Shown here: piece by piece, positions 35,596-44,848 of the stretch
Position numbering within the stretch: position 1 is the first letter of the stretch
Layout of the letters: every line of letters starts with the position of its first letter
IMG/VR virus record: IMGVR_UViG_3300024308_000188
Coordinates: 150,527 to 214,526 of that record
DNA: 64,000 bases
Direction: 5' to 3' (one strand)
Made by a program: the position numbers and the translations under genes
Notes under the pieces: model-generated
The model's input: only the letters and a program-made list of their open reading frames with translations
What the model was told of the DNA's origin: nothing
Database searches by the model: none

Positions 35596-36429
35596 ATGCA
35601 ATCTTTTTTCCAATTTTGTACAAAATACCATGATGGAATGTGGCCTGATTTAATTTTGATCGGAAGTCAGATATTCGGTCAAGTTAAGCCTGATGAATTC
35701 TTAAAAAGAGACGGTATAAACATTCCGAAACCTTGCACTTATTTAGATGTTGGTAACTTGCAGTTAGATGCTAGTTACTACAGGGAACAGGCTTTGACAT
35801 CTAGCCTTCTTATAGGTCAAAGATCCGGTAAATCTTATTTGTTAAGAGCTTTAGTGAGCTATATATCTAGCTTCTCAGAAGAATTTAATTTAGGTCAGAA
35901 TTCTACACAGTCAAAAGATTATTTTCATATTGATGTGCCGAATGCAAATGTTGAAGATCATGTAAGAAGTATATGTGAAACTTTAACAGCCTTTAAAGCA
36001 GCCTTTACTGTGGAAATGTTTGAATCAGGAAATCAGACAGCTGCACGAATTCTAATGAATTCTGGATTCACCGTGGTTTTGTGTGATGGTATTCCAAATT
36101 CAGGAAACGCTGATTATTTTGAACTTGGAAGATGTATTGGTTATATATCTGAAGAGTTAGCTTGGAGATATAAAGCAGTAAAAAATAAATCAATGAATCC
36201 AATTGACCGACTTAATTCTTTAAAGATGTCGAGCATTGCACATAATGCACCTCTCTTTATTTCGATAAGTTCGGTTTTCGATGATGATACCTTTTTAAAA
36301 TGTCGCGTTAATTTATTCATACGTCGCGCTACTTGGGAAGTCAACCCAAATATAAAAGGATCTTTACTTGGAGAGTTATTCATCGCAGATCCTACAGGAG
36401 CCATGCGTGATTTTGGATCACGAGTTTAA
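35596..36429 (+). CDS. Stand-alone paralogue of the terminase ATPase domain (intein-free, no nuclease domain)
   Basis: GQRSGKS identical to spliced TerL Walker A; RATWEVNPNI vs RPTWKMNPHI; DPTGAMRDFGS vs DPIGAARDFGA. Confidence 0.8.
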   Translation: MQSFFQFCTKYHDGMWPDLILIGSQIFGQVKPDEFLKRDGINIPKPCTYLDVGNLQLDASYYREQALTSSLLIGQRSGKSYLLRALVSYISSFSEEFNLGQNSTQSKDYFHIDVPNANVEDHVRSICETLTAFKAAFTVEMFESGNQTAARILMNSGFTVVLCDGIPNSGNADYFELGRCIGYISEELAWRYKAVKNKSMNPIDRLNSLKMSSIAHNAPLFISISSVFDDDTFLKCRVNLFIRRATWEVNPNIKGSLLGELFIADPTGAMRDFGSRV

Positions 36430-36441
36430 ATTTACTTGTTG

Positions 36442-36477
36442 AAAAAAGAAAAGGGAACCGTAATGGCTCCCCTTTCT
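36442..36477 (-). terminator. Terminator at the convergence of the two transcription arms
   Basis: Minus strand GAAAGGGGAGCC...GGTTCCCTTTTC followed by T-rich tail. Confidence 0.7.
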
Positions 36478-36941
36478 CATATTGCTACGACTAATGCAAG
36501 TGCAGTAATTATTTTCAGTGTTATGCTTTCAATACTATTCCGCAATTGTTCTTCCCTTCTGCTTTCCCTTTCATCATTCAAAACAACTTCCATTTTCAAT
36601 GCTCTGTATTCTTCCAGCTCAGCAAGTTCACGTATTAAGTTTGCGCGTTGGACAGTTAATTCTAAAATTAAATTGGCCTGTTCCACAAGTGCTGCATTAG
36701 ATTCAGCACTGATATAAGCTTGCTCTACTTTTACTAAGTCGTCAGGATCTACAAGTGCCCATGTTTTTCCATTTGCATCTTTATAACTTCCTACATCATG
36801 CGTGAAGGCTTCTGGAATACTCACAGGAGTTACTTCTTTGTGTACGAATTCTGCAATCTTTTTGGTCTGTATTTCTCTCGGCTCTGGCGCACTAGCACAT
36901 CCAAAAAGAAACATTGATAAAACAATTAGAGCGTATTTCAT
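36477..36941 (-). CDS. Lipoprotein with coiled coil and C-terminal hydrophobic segment (spanin-like)
   Basis: MKYALIVLSMFLFG-C lipobox; ATGA coupling at 36938-36941; C-term ITLKIITALALVVAI. Confidence 0.75.
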   Translation of the reverse strand: MKYALIVLSMFLFGCASAPEPREIQTKKIAEFVHKEVTPVSIPEAFTHDVGSYKDANGKTWALVDPDDLVKVEQAYISAESNAALVEQANLILELTVQRANLIRELAELEEYRALKMEVVLNDERESRREEQLRNSIESITLKIITALALVVAI

Positions 36942-37447
36942 TTCATTCCCCTGTTTTCTTCCCAAGCACGAAATCCAACTAAACGAAGTGCATTGTACAT
37001 TGCCCAAGATTTTCTGTCGGTTACGCCTTCAACAATTAAACCTATTTTAAAAATTAAGTCCGCATCTTTCTGCGTGTAAAATTGCCCTGATGGAGAAGGA
37101 ATATCATTTCTATAAAGTAGATCATGAATAACCGATGCCTTTAGTCCACTACCAAATGGAGGAAACAGCGACCATAGAAATCGAGGACTACTAATAAGAT
37201 CAGATTCAAAACCTTCTCTTGCTGTTAGCGTTACGATCTTAAACTTACGCAACTTATTAGCTGTTGGAAGTATAGGGCAATTATTTTCTATGTCCCAACA
37301 AAAATCCATACTAAAATCTTCAAGTAAATTAAACTTGTAGCCGCCATCATGTGCTTGAATTTTCAAACTATCGTGAAATTTCGCAGAGAAGGCATTGGCT
37401 ACAGAAATTTGCTCTGAATGTTTTACCAAGTAATTTTCTGTAGCCAT
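36938..37447 (-). CDS. DUF1353-family protein
   Basis: GFESDLISSPRFLWSLFPP..ASVIHDLLY..DADLIF..AMYNALR. Confidence 0.8.
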   Translation of the reverse strand: MATENYLVKHSEQISVANAFSAKFHDSLKIQAHDGGYKFNLLEDFSMDFCWDIENNCPILPTANKLRKFKIVTLTAREGFESDLISSPRFLWSLFPPFGSGLKASVIHDLLYRNDIPSPSGQFYTQKDADLIFKIGLIVEGVTDRKSWAMYNALRLVGFRAWEENRGMK

Positions 37448-37450
37448 TAA

Positions 37451-37813
37451 CTATCTCCGTTTTTTCATGCTTTCATTAAAATCAGCAATCTTTTGATCGT
37501 CCGTTTTATTAACTGCTTGATCTGCAACAGAATCGAAAGCAGCTTGCCCTTCAACTTTAATTTGTTGCATATCCGTTTGCTCAGCCTCTATTTCTTTCCC
37601 TACTGTGTTCGCATCAACAATTTTATTCTCAATAATATCTCTGTCGATTTCATCAAGTTTATCGGTTGTATCAGTAGGATTTTTTGAACGCGCTGCATAA
37701 GCATACGCGCCCAGTGTAAGTACGGCAAGCAATCCCATAAGAATATACTTGCCCCACTTTTTATACCATACTTCTTTAACTTCAGTAACTTGGTTCGTCT
37801 GGAGTTCTGACAT
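37451..37813 (-). CDS. Type II membrane protein with periplasmic coiled coil (i-spanin-like)
   Basis: KKWGK then YILMGLLAVLTLGAYAYAA, then helical hydrophilic tail. Confidence 0.65.
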   Translation of the reverse strand: MSELQTNQVTEVKEVWYKKWGKYILMGLLAVLTLGAYAYAARSKNPTDTTDKLDEIDRDIIENKIVDANTVGKEIEAEQTDMQQIKVEGQAAFDSVADQAVNKTDDQKIADFNESMKKRR

Positions 37814-38129
37814 TTGGATTCACCTTTGGGCCACCATCCCTGTTTAATATGCTATCAGCCATATAACTAATACCGATAAACGTCATTAAATTTGGATTTG
37901 GATCAATAATCAAAGTGGTAAAATAACCAGCTGTTGTAGTTAAGACAACTAAAATACTGCTTTGTTTGTTGCAAGTCCAGTATTTCACAAAATCCAGTTT
38001 ATCCTGCACACATTTTTTAACCCAGTGTATTGCTACACCAAGCAAAGTAAATGCGTAGGCTAAGATAAGATAATCCCATGAATATTTCATCAGTGGGCCG
38101 AGTAGTTGAGTTGCTGTTACTTGCTCCAT
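37782..38129 (-). CDS. Small multi-pass membrane protein (holin-like)
   Basis: 2-3 hydrophobic segments, charged C-tail, next to spanin-like genes. Confidence 0.55.
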   Translation of the reverse strand: MEQVTATQLLGPLMKYSWDYLILAYAFTLLGVAIHWVKKCVQDKLDFVKYWTCNKQSSILVVLTTTAGYFTTLIIDPNPNLMTFIGISYMADSILNRDGGPKVNPNVRTPDEPSY

Positions 38130-38143
38130 TTTATTTCCTTATG

Positions 38144-39274
38144 TTATAAATTAAGTTCAAACAATTGTTTGTTTACAATGCAATTTGGTCTGATATAATG
38201 TTCAGATCTTCCATTGAATTCTATATCAGCGCCGCTTGCTGGATCACCTATTGTAACCAAGGCTAAAGGTAATTTTCTTTCGGTTAAGGCCGAAGCAGTT
38301 GGATCTGGTGTTGGCACTAAAATACCCCAAGTAAAAGGATTTCTCGTGTTATCACTTAAGTCAGATTCTAATTCCCAATCTTTAAGACCTGCCGTAAAGT
38401 AAGTTGCATAGAATCTGGCTTGGGTTGAACTAAAAGTTTGATGTGTTGTTGCCAAACGTAAACCCTTTATCAAAGTTTTTGCAAAGTTTAACACGTAACT
38501 TATATTTTGTGTTGCCGTGAATGTAGGCAATTCCACTATCGAATTATTTGGCAAAATTAAAGATACGTTTGAAAAAGTTCTTGTAGCCACGTTATTCTGG
38601 CAAAGCATTCTGAATAAAAGAAAATCCGCTTGAACTGGTTCGTCGAACACGATAGCCATGTGTGCTCTGTGACTATCGTTAGTAACACCTGCTGTTGTAG
38701 ATCCTCTACGACCTAAATAAGTCCCATAGGAATCCAATTGTTCAAATGTACGTATTTTTTGACCAGATTGGCAATTTATTCCAGTCATCTGCAATAATGA
38801 ATTTACTGAATCCAGTGGAGGTAACACCGGAGGAATAACGAGCGCAGGTAAGCCCGTTCCCGCTTGCCAATCTGCCCAAGCATTATTGAATCTATATAAG
38901 ACACAATCACCTAAAGCTCTATTTCCAGAAGTATTAAGATCAAATACTTGTTGTGAAATATCTGGAATATAAGCTCCTTTCTTTGTGCCAATTTTTTCTC
39001 TTATTCCACCAAAATCACCGCTTGCTATATTGGCCTTTATTTTCAAACCATCTGATTTATCCAGAACTATATTTGGAAAACATACACCATCGGCGCTTTG
39101 AAGTAGCGACTTGAGATTTTCTGTCAAGGAACCTACATTCAAATCTAATGATTCAAGACTTGGTGGAACTGAACCGCTAAACATATACAAAACACTTTGA
39201 TGTGTTATGGAATTAATTGTTGCAGTGTTAATTAATGTTCTTACTAAGTTTTCATTTAATCCTGCGGTCAGCAT
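38144..39274 (-). CDS. Paralogous virion protein, long form (scaffold plus inserted domain)
   Basis: YMFSGSVP..FTWGILVP..VTIGDPASGADIE; shares ADFLL and FTAGLKD with 44845-45993. Confidence 0.75.
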   Translation of the reverse strand: MLTAGLNENLVRTLINTATINSITHQSVLYMFSGSVPPSLESLDLNVGSLTENLKSLLQSADGVCFPNIVLDKSDGLKIKANIASGDFGGIREKIGTKKGAYIPDISQQVFDLNTSGNRALGDCVLYRFNNAWADWQAGTGLPALVIPPVLPPLDSVNSLLQMTGINCQSGQKIRTFEQLDSYGTYLGRRGSTTAGVTNDSHRAHMAIVFDEPVQADFLLFRMLCQNNVATRTFSNVSLILPNNSIVELPTFTATQNISYVLNFAKTLIKGLRLATTHQTFSSTQARFYATYFTAGLKDWELESDLSDNTRNPFTWGILVPTPDPTASALTERKLPLALVTIGDPASGADIEFNGRSEHYIRPNCIVNKQLFELNL

Positions 39275-39293
39275 AAATTTTTCCTTAAGTAGA

Positions 39294-39307
39294 GGGGCCG
39301 AAGCCCC
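39294..39307 (-). terminator. GGGGC-UUCG-GCCCC hairpin (copy 1)
   Basis: Identical to 60976-60989; between co-directional genes. Confidence 0.6.
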
Positions 39308-39313
39308 AAATAC

Positions 39314-39805
39314 TTATATAGATTTAATTTCAAAGTCTGTAGTTTTATATAGTTTATCAGATTCAATCATTGAACCTAATAATTCCATATCGACTCCAGT
39401 TTCACCTATGTCACCAACTTTACCGATGAAACATTGATAAATCTTGGCGTCTGTTGTGTAGTTCGGTTCGTTGATGTTAGTTTGCACATACATAAAAACA
39501 AACCAATCGGCAGCACCAGGTGAGTTAACTGTGAAAGTTTCACCGCGTTGACTTAATAACCAACTTACTAGGTTTATTCCGGTACGTAATGGAACAACAG
39601 TGGCTGGATATGTAACACTTAATCTTAAAGTACCTAATGCTTTTAATGCGTTACTACTTATTGAACCATCAGCCTGAACTAATGCAGCAATTTGAGCTTG
39701 AGTTGGCATAGTGCCTCCCATAACCCACATTACTTTTTTAGCCACAGATGCTTGCTCGTACTTTGCACCAAGTAGTGCTTTCATGCTAGTGGATAATCCA
39801 ATCAT
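39314..39805 (-). CDS. Paralogous virion protein, short form
   Basis: VMGGTMPT..GAADWF..IGKVGDIG..DME..YKTTDF. Confidence 0.75.
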   Translation of the reverse strand: MIGLSTSMKALLGAKYEQASVAKKVMWVMGGTMPTQAQIAALVQADGSISSNALKALGTLRLSVTYPATVVPLRTGINLVSWLLSQRGETFTVNSPGAADWFVFMYVQTNINEPNYTTDAKIYQCFIGKVGDIGETGVDMELLGSMIESDKLYKTTDFEIKSI

Positions 39806-39807
39806 AA

Positions 39808-40716
39808 TTAAATCTCCACTACTTGAGGACGAATTTGACAGTGCATTACAACAACATCTTCGCCAGATTGCTTTGTTCCTATGTCTAAACGCATTTCCGT
39901 TGTTGCATTTGTTCCACCAGAAGATATTACCATGAAAGGATAATCTGCACCTACTGGTAATAAACTGCCGGTTACACTTACTGGACGTAACAGAGCAAAA
40001 TTAATTGATACTGCTGAATGTCCATTAATATTATCTGTCATGATCTTAATAGATTTTAGATCAAAAGCTGGTTGTCCGGCTGTAAACTCGATAATAACTT
40101 TAGTTACATCTGTTCTTGTGTTATTGAACATGAAACGATTGTTCGCTACTTTAGTAACAACGTGTTCAAGCTCTACTCCATTAGCCACGGTTTTGATATT
40201 GAAGTTTGGAACAACAGAACCAAAATCCATGTCAATAAAATTTATCTTTTGCGCGGAACAGTCTAATTCTATTTTATGACCTAATGCTGTTTGAGCAAAA
40301 GTCACATAAGTTGATTGTCTACCAAGTAGCGCACATTTCTCAGCAAAAGTAAATTGAGTTCTGTCTCCTGTACTCCAAACATTTAAAATGCGGCCTTGAT
40401 AAAGGGGATCATTGCCGTATCTTGGATTGGAAACATCTGGCCCCATTTTTCTCATAGGAATTAATGAAGATGCGTGATTAAATACCAAGTTTCCATTAAC
40501 AACACTTGAGGTCAGTAATGATACTGCTCGACAGTTATTAATCAACGCATCTACATCGTGCGGATTGAATTTTAAAAACTCTTCCGTCAATTCCTCAAAA
40601 CTAACTGGAAGAGTTAAACCCAAATCCGCTGCCGAAAAGAAAAATGAATGCCATCCAGAAGCACCGAAATAGTCTTGAATACTATTAGGTGCGTTAACTC
40701 CTGAATGGAATATCAT
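39808..40716 (-). CDS. Paralogous virion protein, long form
   Basis: C-terminal FALLRP..MVISSGG..TEMRL pattern; central beta-sandwich-like insert. Confidence 0.7.
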   Translation of the reverse strand: MIFHSGVNAPNSIQDYFGASGWHSFFFSAADLGLTLPVSFEELTEEFLKFNPHDVDALINNCRAVSLLTSSVVNGNLVFNHASSLIPMRKMGPDVSNPRYGNDPLYQGRILNVWSTGDRTQFTFAEKCALLGRQSTYVTFAQTALGHKIELDCSAQKINFIDMDFGSVVPNFNIKTVANGVELEHVVTKVANNRFMFNNTRTDVTKVIIEFTAGQPAFDLKSIKIMTDNINGHSAVSINFALLRPVSVTGSLLPVGADYPFMVISSGGTNATTEMRLDIGTKQSGEDVVVMHCQIRPQVVEI

Positions 40717-40718
40717 GG

Positions 40719-41255
40719 TTATACTCCGTCAAAAGTGAATATTTGATCATTCATTTTAACTGCGCGTGTGTTATCAATTGCGCCGCCGAACAAAATCATA
40801 TCAGCACCACTTCCAGAAGCACCAACAGTACCGATACCTACCCAGTGAACTGCACCGTTAGTTGTTGGAGCAACAACTGTACTGGCAACAACTGCCAGAA
40901 TAAAATAAGTTACATTACCAATCGCAGATTTAATCAATTCTTCTGGACGTTCGGATAATGGAAAACGCAATTTGTTTGCACCTTGCATCTGAAGTGCAAA
41001 GTTTGTTGGGTAGTTTACATAACCGCGTAATATTCCGCCTTTTGCAAGGGCAAGATTGTGAATAAGATCTTGACGATAAAGACCGCGAGTTGTACTTGCA
41101 ATACCTGATCCTGAAGTAGTGGAATATAAAGCAGCTTCCAAATCTTCTTTTGTTGGCATGGTGCCATCATACAGAGTAAGCATTTTGCGGTTTGTTACAC
41201 CTAAAATTGGTGATTGATTCAACAGTGGAATCATCGCATCAGTTGCTAATAACAT
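40719..41255 (-). CDS. Paralogous virion protein, short form
   Basis: LYDGTMPT..GNVTYF..IGTVGASGSGADM..VKMND. Confidence 0.75.
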   Translation of the reverse strand: MLLATDAMIPLLNQSPILGVTNRKMLTLYDGTMPTKEDLEAALYSTTSGSGIASTTRGLYRQDLIHNLALAKGGILRGYVNYPTNFALQMQGANKLRFPLSERPEELIKSAIGNVTYFILAVVASTVVAPTTNGAVHWVGIGTVGASGSGADMILFGGAIDNTRAVKMNDQIFTFDGV

Positions 41256-42205
41256 TATGCTACCTCCGTGACTACAGCAGTTTTAAGTTTAAGACTGATA
41301 ACACTAAAAATATCTTCGATTGTTCCGCTACTGCGATTTAATAGGCCCACGCCACCGTCAGCTGGCCCACCTAATGTAAAAATAAATGCGGGTACACGTT
41401 GAGCAAACAAACTTTCATAGATAGAAGCTACTGGAGCTGCCGGAACTAAAATACCCCAAGTTACAGGAATATTTTCTTTTGACATTACATTACTTGGTAC
41501 TGCCGAAGCAAAGAAACGAATGTAGTTATACACTAATGTATTTGCCGCAACAGTTCCTGTGTTATCCAGAAAACGCACTCTCCAACGACGAGCACTGATT
41601 GGAGCAAAAGTTGATTCAATACCGGCAGCATTATAAGTTTTAACAGCGATGCCTGTGGCTGCTACAACCCAAGCACTTCCGTTCCAATATTCAATCGCCA
41701 TTGTGCTTGGATTTCTTGTGGTAGTAACAAAATTTCCGTATACAACACGGTTCACACTAACAGCATCACCAAAATCATATTCAATCCAACCATCAGTTGT
41801 TATGTGAGTTGTGGCTGTTGCTGGAGCCAGTGCCATAGTCTCCAATCCATTCACAAAACCAGCTGGTTTTTCCAGTCCTTGAATGTTTGAATCGATAGAT
41901 TGTGGTAACAGTTGAATGCCAGCCAGACCATTAGTAGATCTTGCACCGTGCATTTTAAGTGTGAACAGTTGAGCTACGTTTTCAAATGCAGCTAATTCTG
42001 TTCCGTATGTTGTACTGTTTACAGACAGTAAACGTAAACCTGCAATGGCATTTGCATAAATGCCTTTCATATCTGACAAGCCGATTTCTGTATGAACTTC
42101 ATTTACTGAAGTTGGAACATCACCAGTCATCAGAAAAAGATTCCATTGTGTGCCAGCTTGCGCTTGCATACTTACCATATTCGCATTTTCTGCTGCAAAA
42201 TACAT
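41255..42205 (-). CDS. Paralogous virion protein, long form with discoidin (F5/8 type C)-like insert
   Basis: LMTGDVPT; WIEYDFG..IEYWNGSAW..ARRWRV; VTWGILVP. Confidence 0.75.
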   Translation of the reverse strand: MYFAAENANMVSMQAQAGTQWNLFLMTGDVPTSVNEVHTEIGLSDMKGIYANAIAGLRLLSVNSTTYGTELAAFENVAQLFTLKMHGARSTNGLAGIQLLPQSIDSNIQGLEKPAGFVNGLETMALAPATATTHITTDGWIEYDFGDAVSVNRVVYGNFVTTTRNPSTMAIEYWNGSAWVVAATGIAVKTYNAAGIESTFAPISARRWRVRFLDNTGTVAANTLVYNYIRFFASAVPSNVMSKENIPVTWGILVPAAPVASIYESLFAQRVPAFIFTLGGPADGGVGLLNRSSGTIEDIFSVISLKLKTAVVTEVA

Positions 42206-42215
42206 AACTGCGCCC

Positions 42216-42677
42216 TTATATCAAAGTTGAGGTTAATGTAGATTCATTCATCAGATTGTACTGCACAAATGCAGTAGCATTAAAATCTAAATCAGGATCT
42301 TGAGGCAATAACACACTAACTGTATGCAGAGAATTCTGTACAAATACTTGTCCAAAATTTGATTTAACCTCCACTACAGTGTATGGTATTTGCAATTCAT
42401 TTATTGAACTACTTAGCAAGTATGAACTTGCTTGTGGAACTAAAGGTCGTTCAACTGTAGTCGCTACTTGATCGAAAAATACTTCTGGCATGTTCAGGTA
42501 AGTTAGACTCAAGAAACTTAAAAAGCTTTGACCTATATTGTACTGACCTCTTTGTGCCAATGAAGGATTTCCGTCTGACAAAAAAACTTGATCGCCATCA
42601 ATCGTGACCGTTTCAGGAAACAATGTATCTGGATCAAATCTGTTTGCGTAGTATGCCGCGACATATACACTAGGCAT
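42216..42677 (-). CDS. Hypothetical (probable virion) protein
   Basis: AGGAG SD; within structural array. Confidence 0.7.
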   Translation of the reverse strand: MPSVYVAAYYANRFDPDTLFPETVTIDGDQVFLSDGNPSLAQRGQYNIGQSFLSFLSLTYLNMPEVFFDQVATTVERPLVPQASSYLLSSSINELQIPYTVVEVKSNFGQVFVQNSLHTVSVLLPQDPDLDFNATAFVQYNLMNESTLTSTLI

Positions 42678-42732
42678 CAGATGTCTCCTATTAAATGCAG
42701 AACATACTGCGTTTCATTTTCCCAGTTTTATT

Positions 42733-43062
42733 TTATTCTTCTGTCATTACAGTTTCGCATATTCTGTGAGACTGTGTAGTAGGTTGAGTATCCACAACAG
42801 ATCCTCTTGAAAATCTGGCTCGGATTGCAGAAGCTTCTGGTTCCGCCACTATAACACCATTTAAACGAAGTGGCAAAATGACGGCACCTGTTGCATCGTT
42901 AGTGACCCAATAGTATCCGTCAAAAAACCATTCGTTTTGTCTAGGATTTACCGATGTATAAAAGTTTACGTAACGTCTTGGTGAATTTAGACTATAGTAG
43001 CATGTGGTCACTGGAACTAACGTGGCTTCTTTTGAGTGACTGTGTACGTATATATTTGCCAT
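42733..43062 (-). CDS. Hypothetical protein
   Basis: 109 aa; aromatic/beta-rich. Confidence 0.65.
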   Translation of the reverse strand: MANIYVHSHSKEATLVPVTTCYYSLNSPRRYVNFYTSVNPRQNEWFFDGYYWVTNDATGAVILPLRLNGVIVAEPEASAIRARFSRGSVVDTQPTTQSHRICETVMTEE

Positions 43063-43071
43063 TACATTGCC

Positions 43072-43734
43072 TTAATTCGTTGAATATGTTTTAATGCACA
43101 CCGCATGTATAGCAGCACCTGTTCCTGAGATATAAGTTCCCAAAGAAGTCAGATTTAAAATATAGTTACGAAGCTCTACATTAGTTGAAGGTAAACCCGC
43201 TACTGAAAATTCACTTAAATATCCAGAAGCTCCAGGAGTATCTGTCCTACTTCTCCATCTGTACGTTATATTATCTACTTGGATATTGAACAAGGTTGTT
43301 CCGTTTAAGTAAGGTTCTGGTTGGTAGTTTTCGTATTTTACTGCTTGGTGCGTAGTTTGAACATACGAGCAGTAAATGCTTTCTGTATAATCATCATACT
43401 CAACTCTTTCAAATAAAGTGTAGTAAATGGGATTGTTATTTATATTCCTATTCGGCCCTATAAAGTATTTAGATTGTAACAAGGCAAAAGTCTGCGCTTG
43501 ATCCGCAACTACTACACCATTTAATCTAACAGATCCATATTGAGTTCCGTCTGGATTGTATGCCCATTCGTAACCACCAACAAAACCAAATCTTACATTC
43601 GGTGTTCCTGACTGCGGGTACGACATAAAATAACGTAACTCACCGTTATTTACTAAGTTATTAAAAGAAGGCTTGAATAAAATAACTGGTGTAGACTCTA
43701 CGCGATTTGTATTATGTAAATAAGTATTTCCCAT
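43072..43734 (-). CDS. Hypothetical protein, Tyr/Asn-rich
   Basis: 220 aa within structural array. Confidence 0.7.
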   Translation of the reverse strand: MGNTYLHNTNRVESTPVILFKPSFNNLVNNGELRYFMSYPQSGTPNVRFGFVGGYEWAYNPDGTQYGSVRLNGVVVADQAQTFALLQSKYFIGPNRNINNNPIYYTLFERVEYDDYTESIYCSYVQTTHQAVKYENYQPEPYLNGTTLFNIQVDNITYRWRSRTDTPGASGYLSEFSVAGLPSTNVELRNYILNLTSLGTYISGTGAAIHAVCIKTYSTN

Positions 43735-43738
43735 AATC

Positions 43739-44266
43739 CTAACCTAACAAGTTTTGAATTGTAAACTTGAAGTCGTTTATTTTGTAACGCTGTCCAGTTA
43801 CTATTGGGCCATTGTGTTCAAATTCAGCACCTGAACCTACGTTACCTACTGAACACAACATTAACATTCTGCAAATATTTCCTGCTGTGTAAGCAGCTGC
43901 ACCACCATGCAGAGAAATCATTGCAAGTGTTGGCGATCCATTAGCTAATCCAGTCATTTCTTCTGTGCGTTGTGTGAACATCCAAATGCGTTCATGTACA
44001 CTTCCACCTATTTTCTTTTGAGTAAAAGTAGGTAAAAACAGTTGACCAAGTTCAGTACGTGTTGAAATTAAATTTGTTCTGGCTAAACTGTGACTAATCA
44101 AACCTGTCGCAGCTGCTGTAACAGTAGCACTGTTTATATAATCTTCTTCAGGTTGAGTTAGTGGGCCACCAGTAAACAAACTAACTGAAACAGCCGTAGT
44201 ATTTGCAAGATCGTTTCTGTGCAAAGCGTATGTACTTGCTAATAAAGCACCAGTATTCATTTTCAT
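43739..44266 (-). CDS. Paralogous virion protein, short form
   Basis: LFTGGPLT..LCSVGNVGSGAEF..YKINDF. Confidence 0.75.
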   Translation of the reverse strand: MKMNTGALLASTYALHRNDLANTTAVSVSLFTGGPLTQPEEDYINSATVTAAATGLISHSLARTNLISTRTELGQLFLPTFTQKKIGGSVHERIWMFTQRTEEMTGLANGSPTLAMISLHGGAAAYTAGNICRMLMLCSVGNVGSGAEFEHNGPIVTGQRYKINDFKFTIQNLLG

Positions 44267-44281
44267 TGTGTGACGCCTCTA

Positions 44282-44848
44282 TTACCAGCCCATTTCAAGA
44301 CTTGGGAAATTAAATTGGAAATTAATGTCAGTAGCTTTAACCTTACTTTGCATAGTAATGGATGTTGATTCAATTTTTACATCAGCACTGCTTGCATTAT
44401 TTCCTACTGAACCGTTGAAAATAATTCGACTCGCATTTGCCGCCGCTGAAGTCCAACCTGTCCAACTTGAACCTACAATTGCGAGAGTGAAAGATCCAGC
44501 TGTACCTGCTGACAGTACAGTCATTAAGCTATCGATTTTGGATAAAGCAAATTTCTTGCGTAGACCAGTAGTTCCGCTATTGTCAGATCTTTGTGAAAAA
44601 GCCGGAACATATAATCGAGCTAATTCAACTCTTCCATTTGGCCCCATTAAAGTAGCTGGCCAATTTCCTGCAATAATTCCATTTGCGTCTGTGAATGTGT
44701 CCCTAATGACATTCATTTCAGTCTGAGAAAGTTCTGATCCACTCCACAAACTAAATACTATGCCTGTTCCCAAAGTTAAATTGGAATTTGCGTAGCGTTC
44801 TCCAAATAAAAGTAGCATTTGATCTGCAAAAGATTTATTAATTTTCAT
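44282..44848 (-). CDS. Paralogous virion protein, short form
   Basis: LWSGSELS..AGTAGSF..NGSVGNNASSADV..VKATDI. Confidence 0.75.
   Translation of the reverse strand: MKINKSFADQMLLLFGERYANSNLTLGTGIVFSLWSGSELSQTEMNVIRDTFTDANGIIAGNWPATLMGPNGRVELARLYVPAFSQRSDNSGTTGLRKKFALSKIDSLMTVLSAGTAGSFTLAIVGSSWTGWTSAAANASRIIFNGSVGNNASSADVKIESTSITMQSKVKATDINFQFNFPSLEMGW

Noticed and set aside
42691-42717. 8-codon minus-strand ORF MKRSMFCI in an intergenic gap
   Set aside because: Too short to support; no leader-peptide or attenuator signature.
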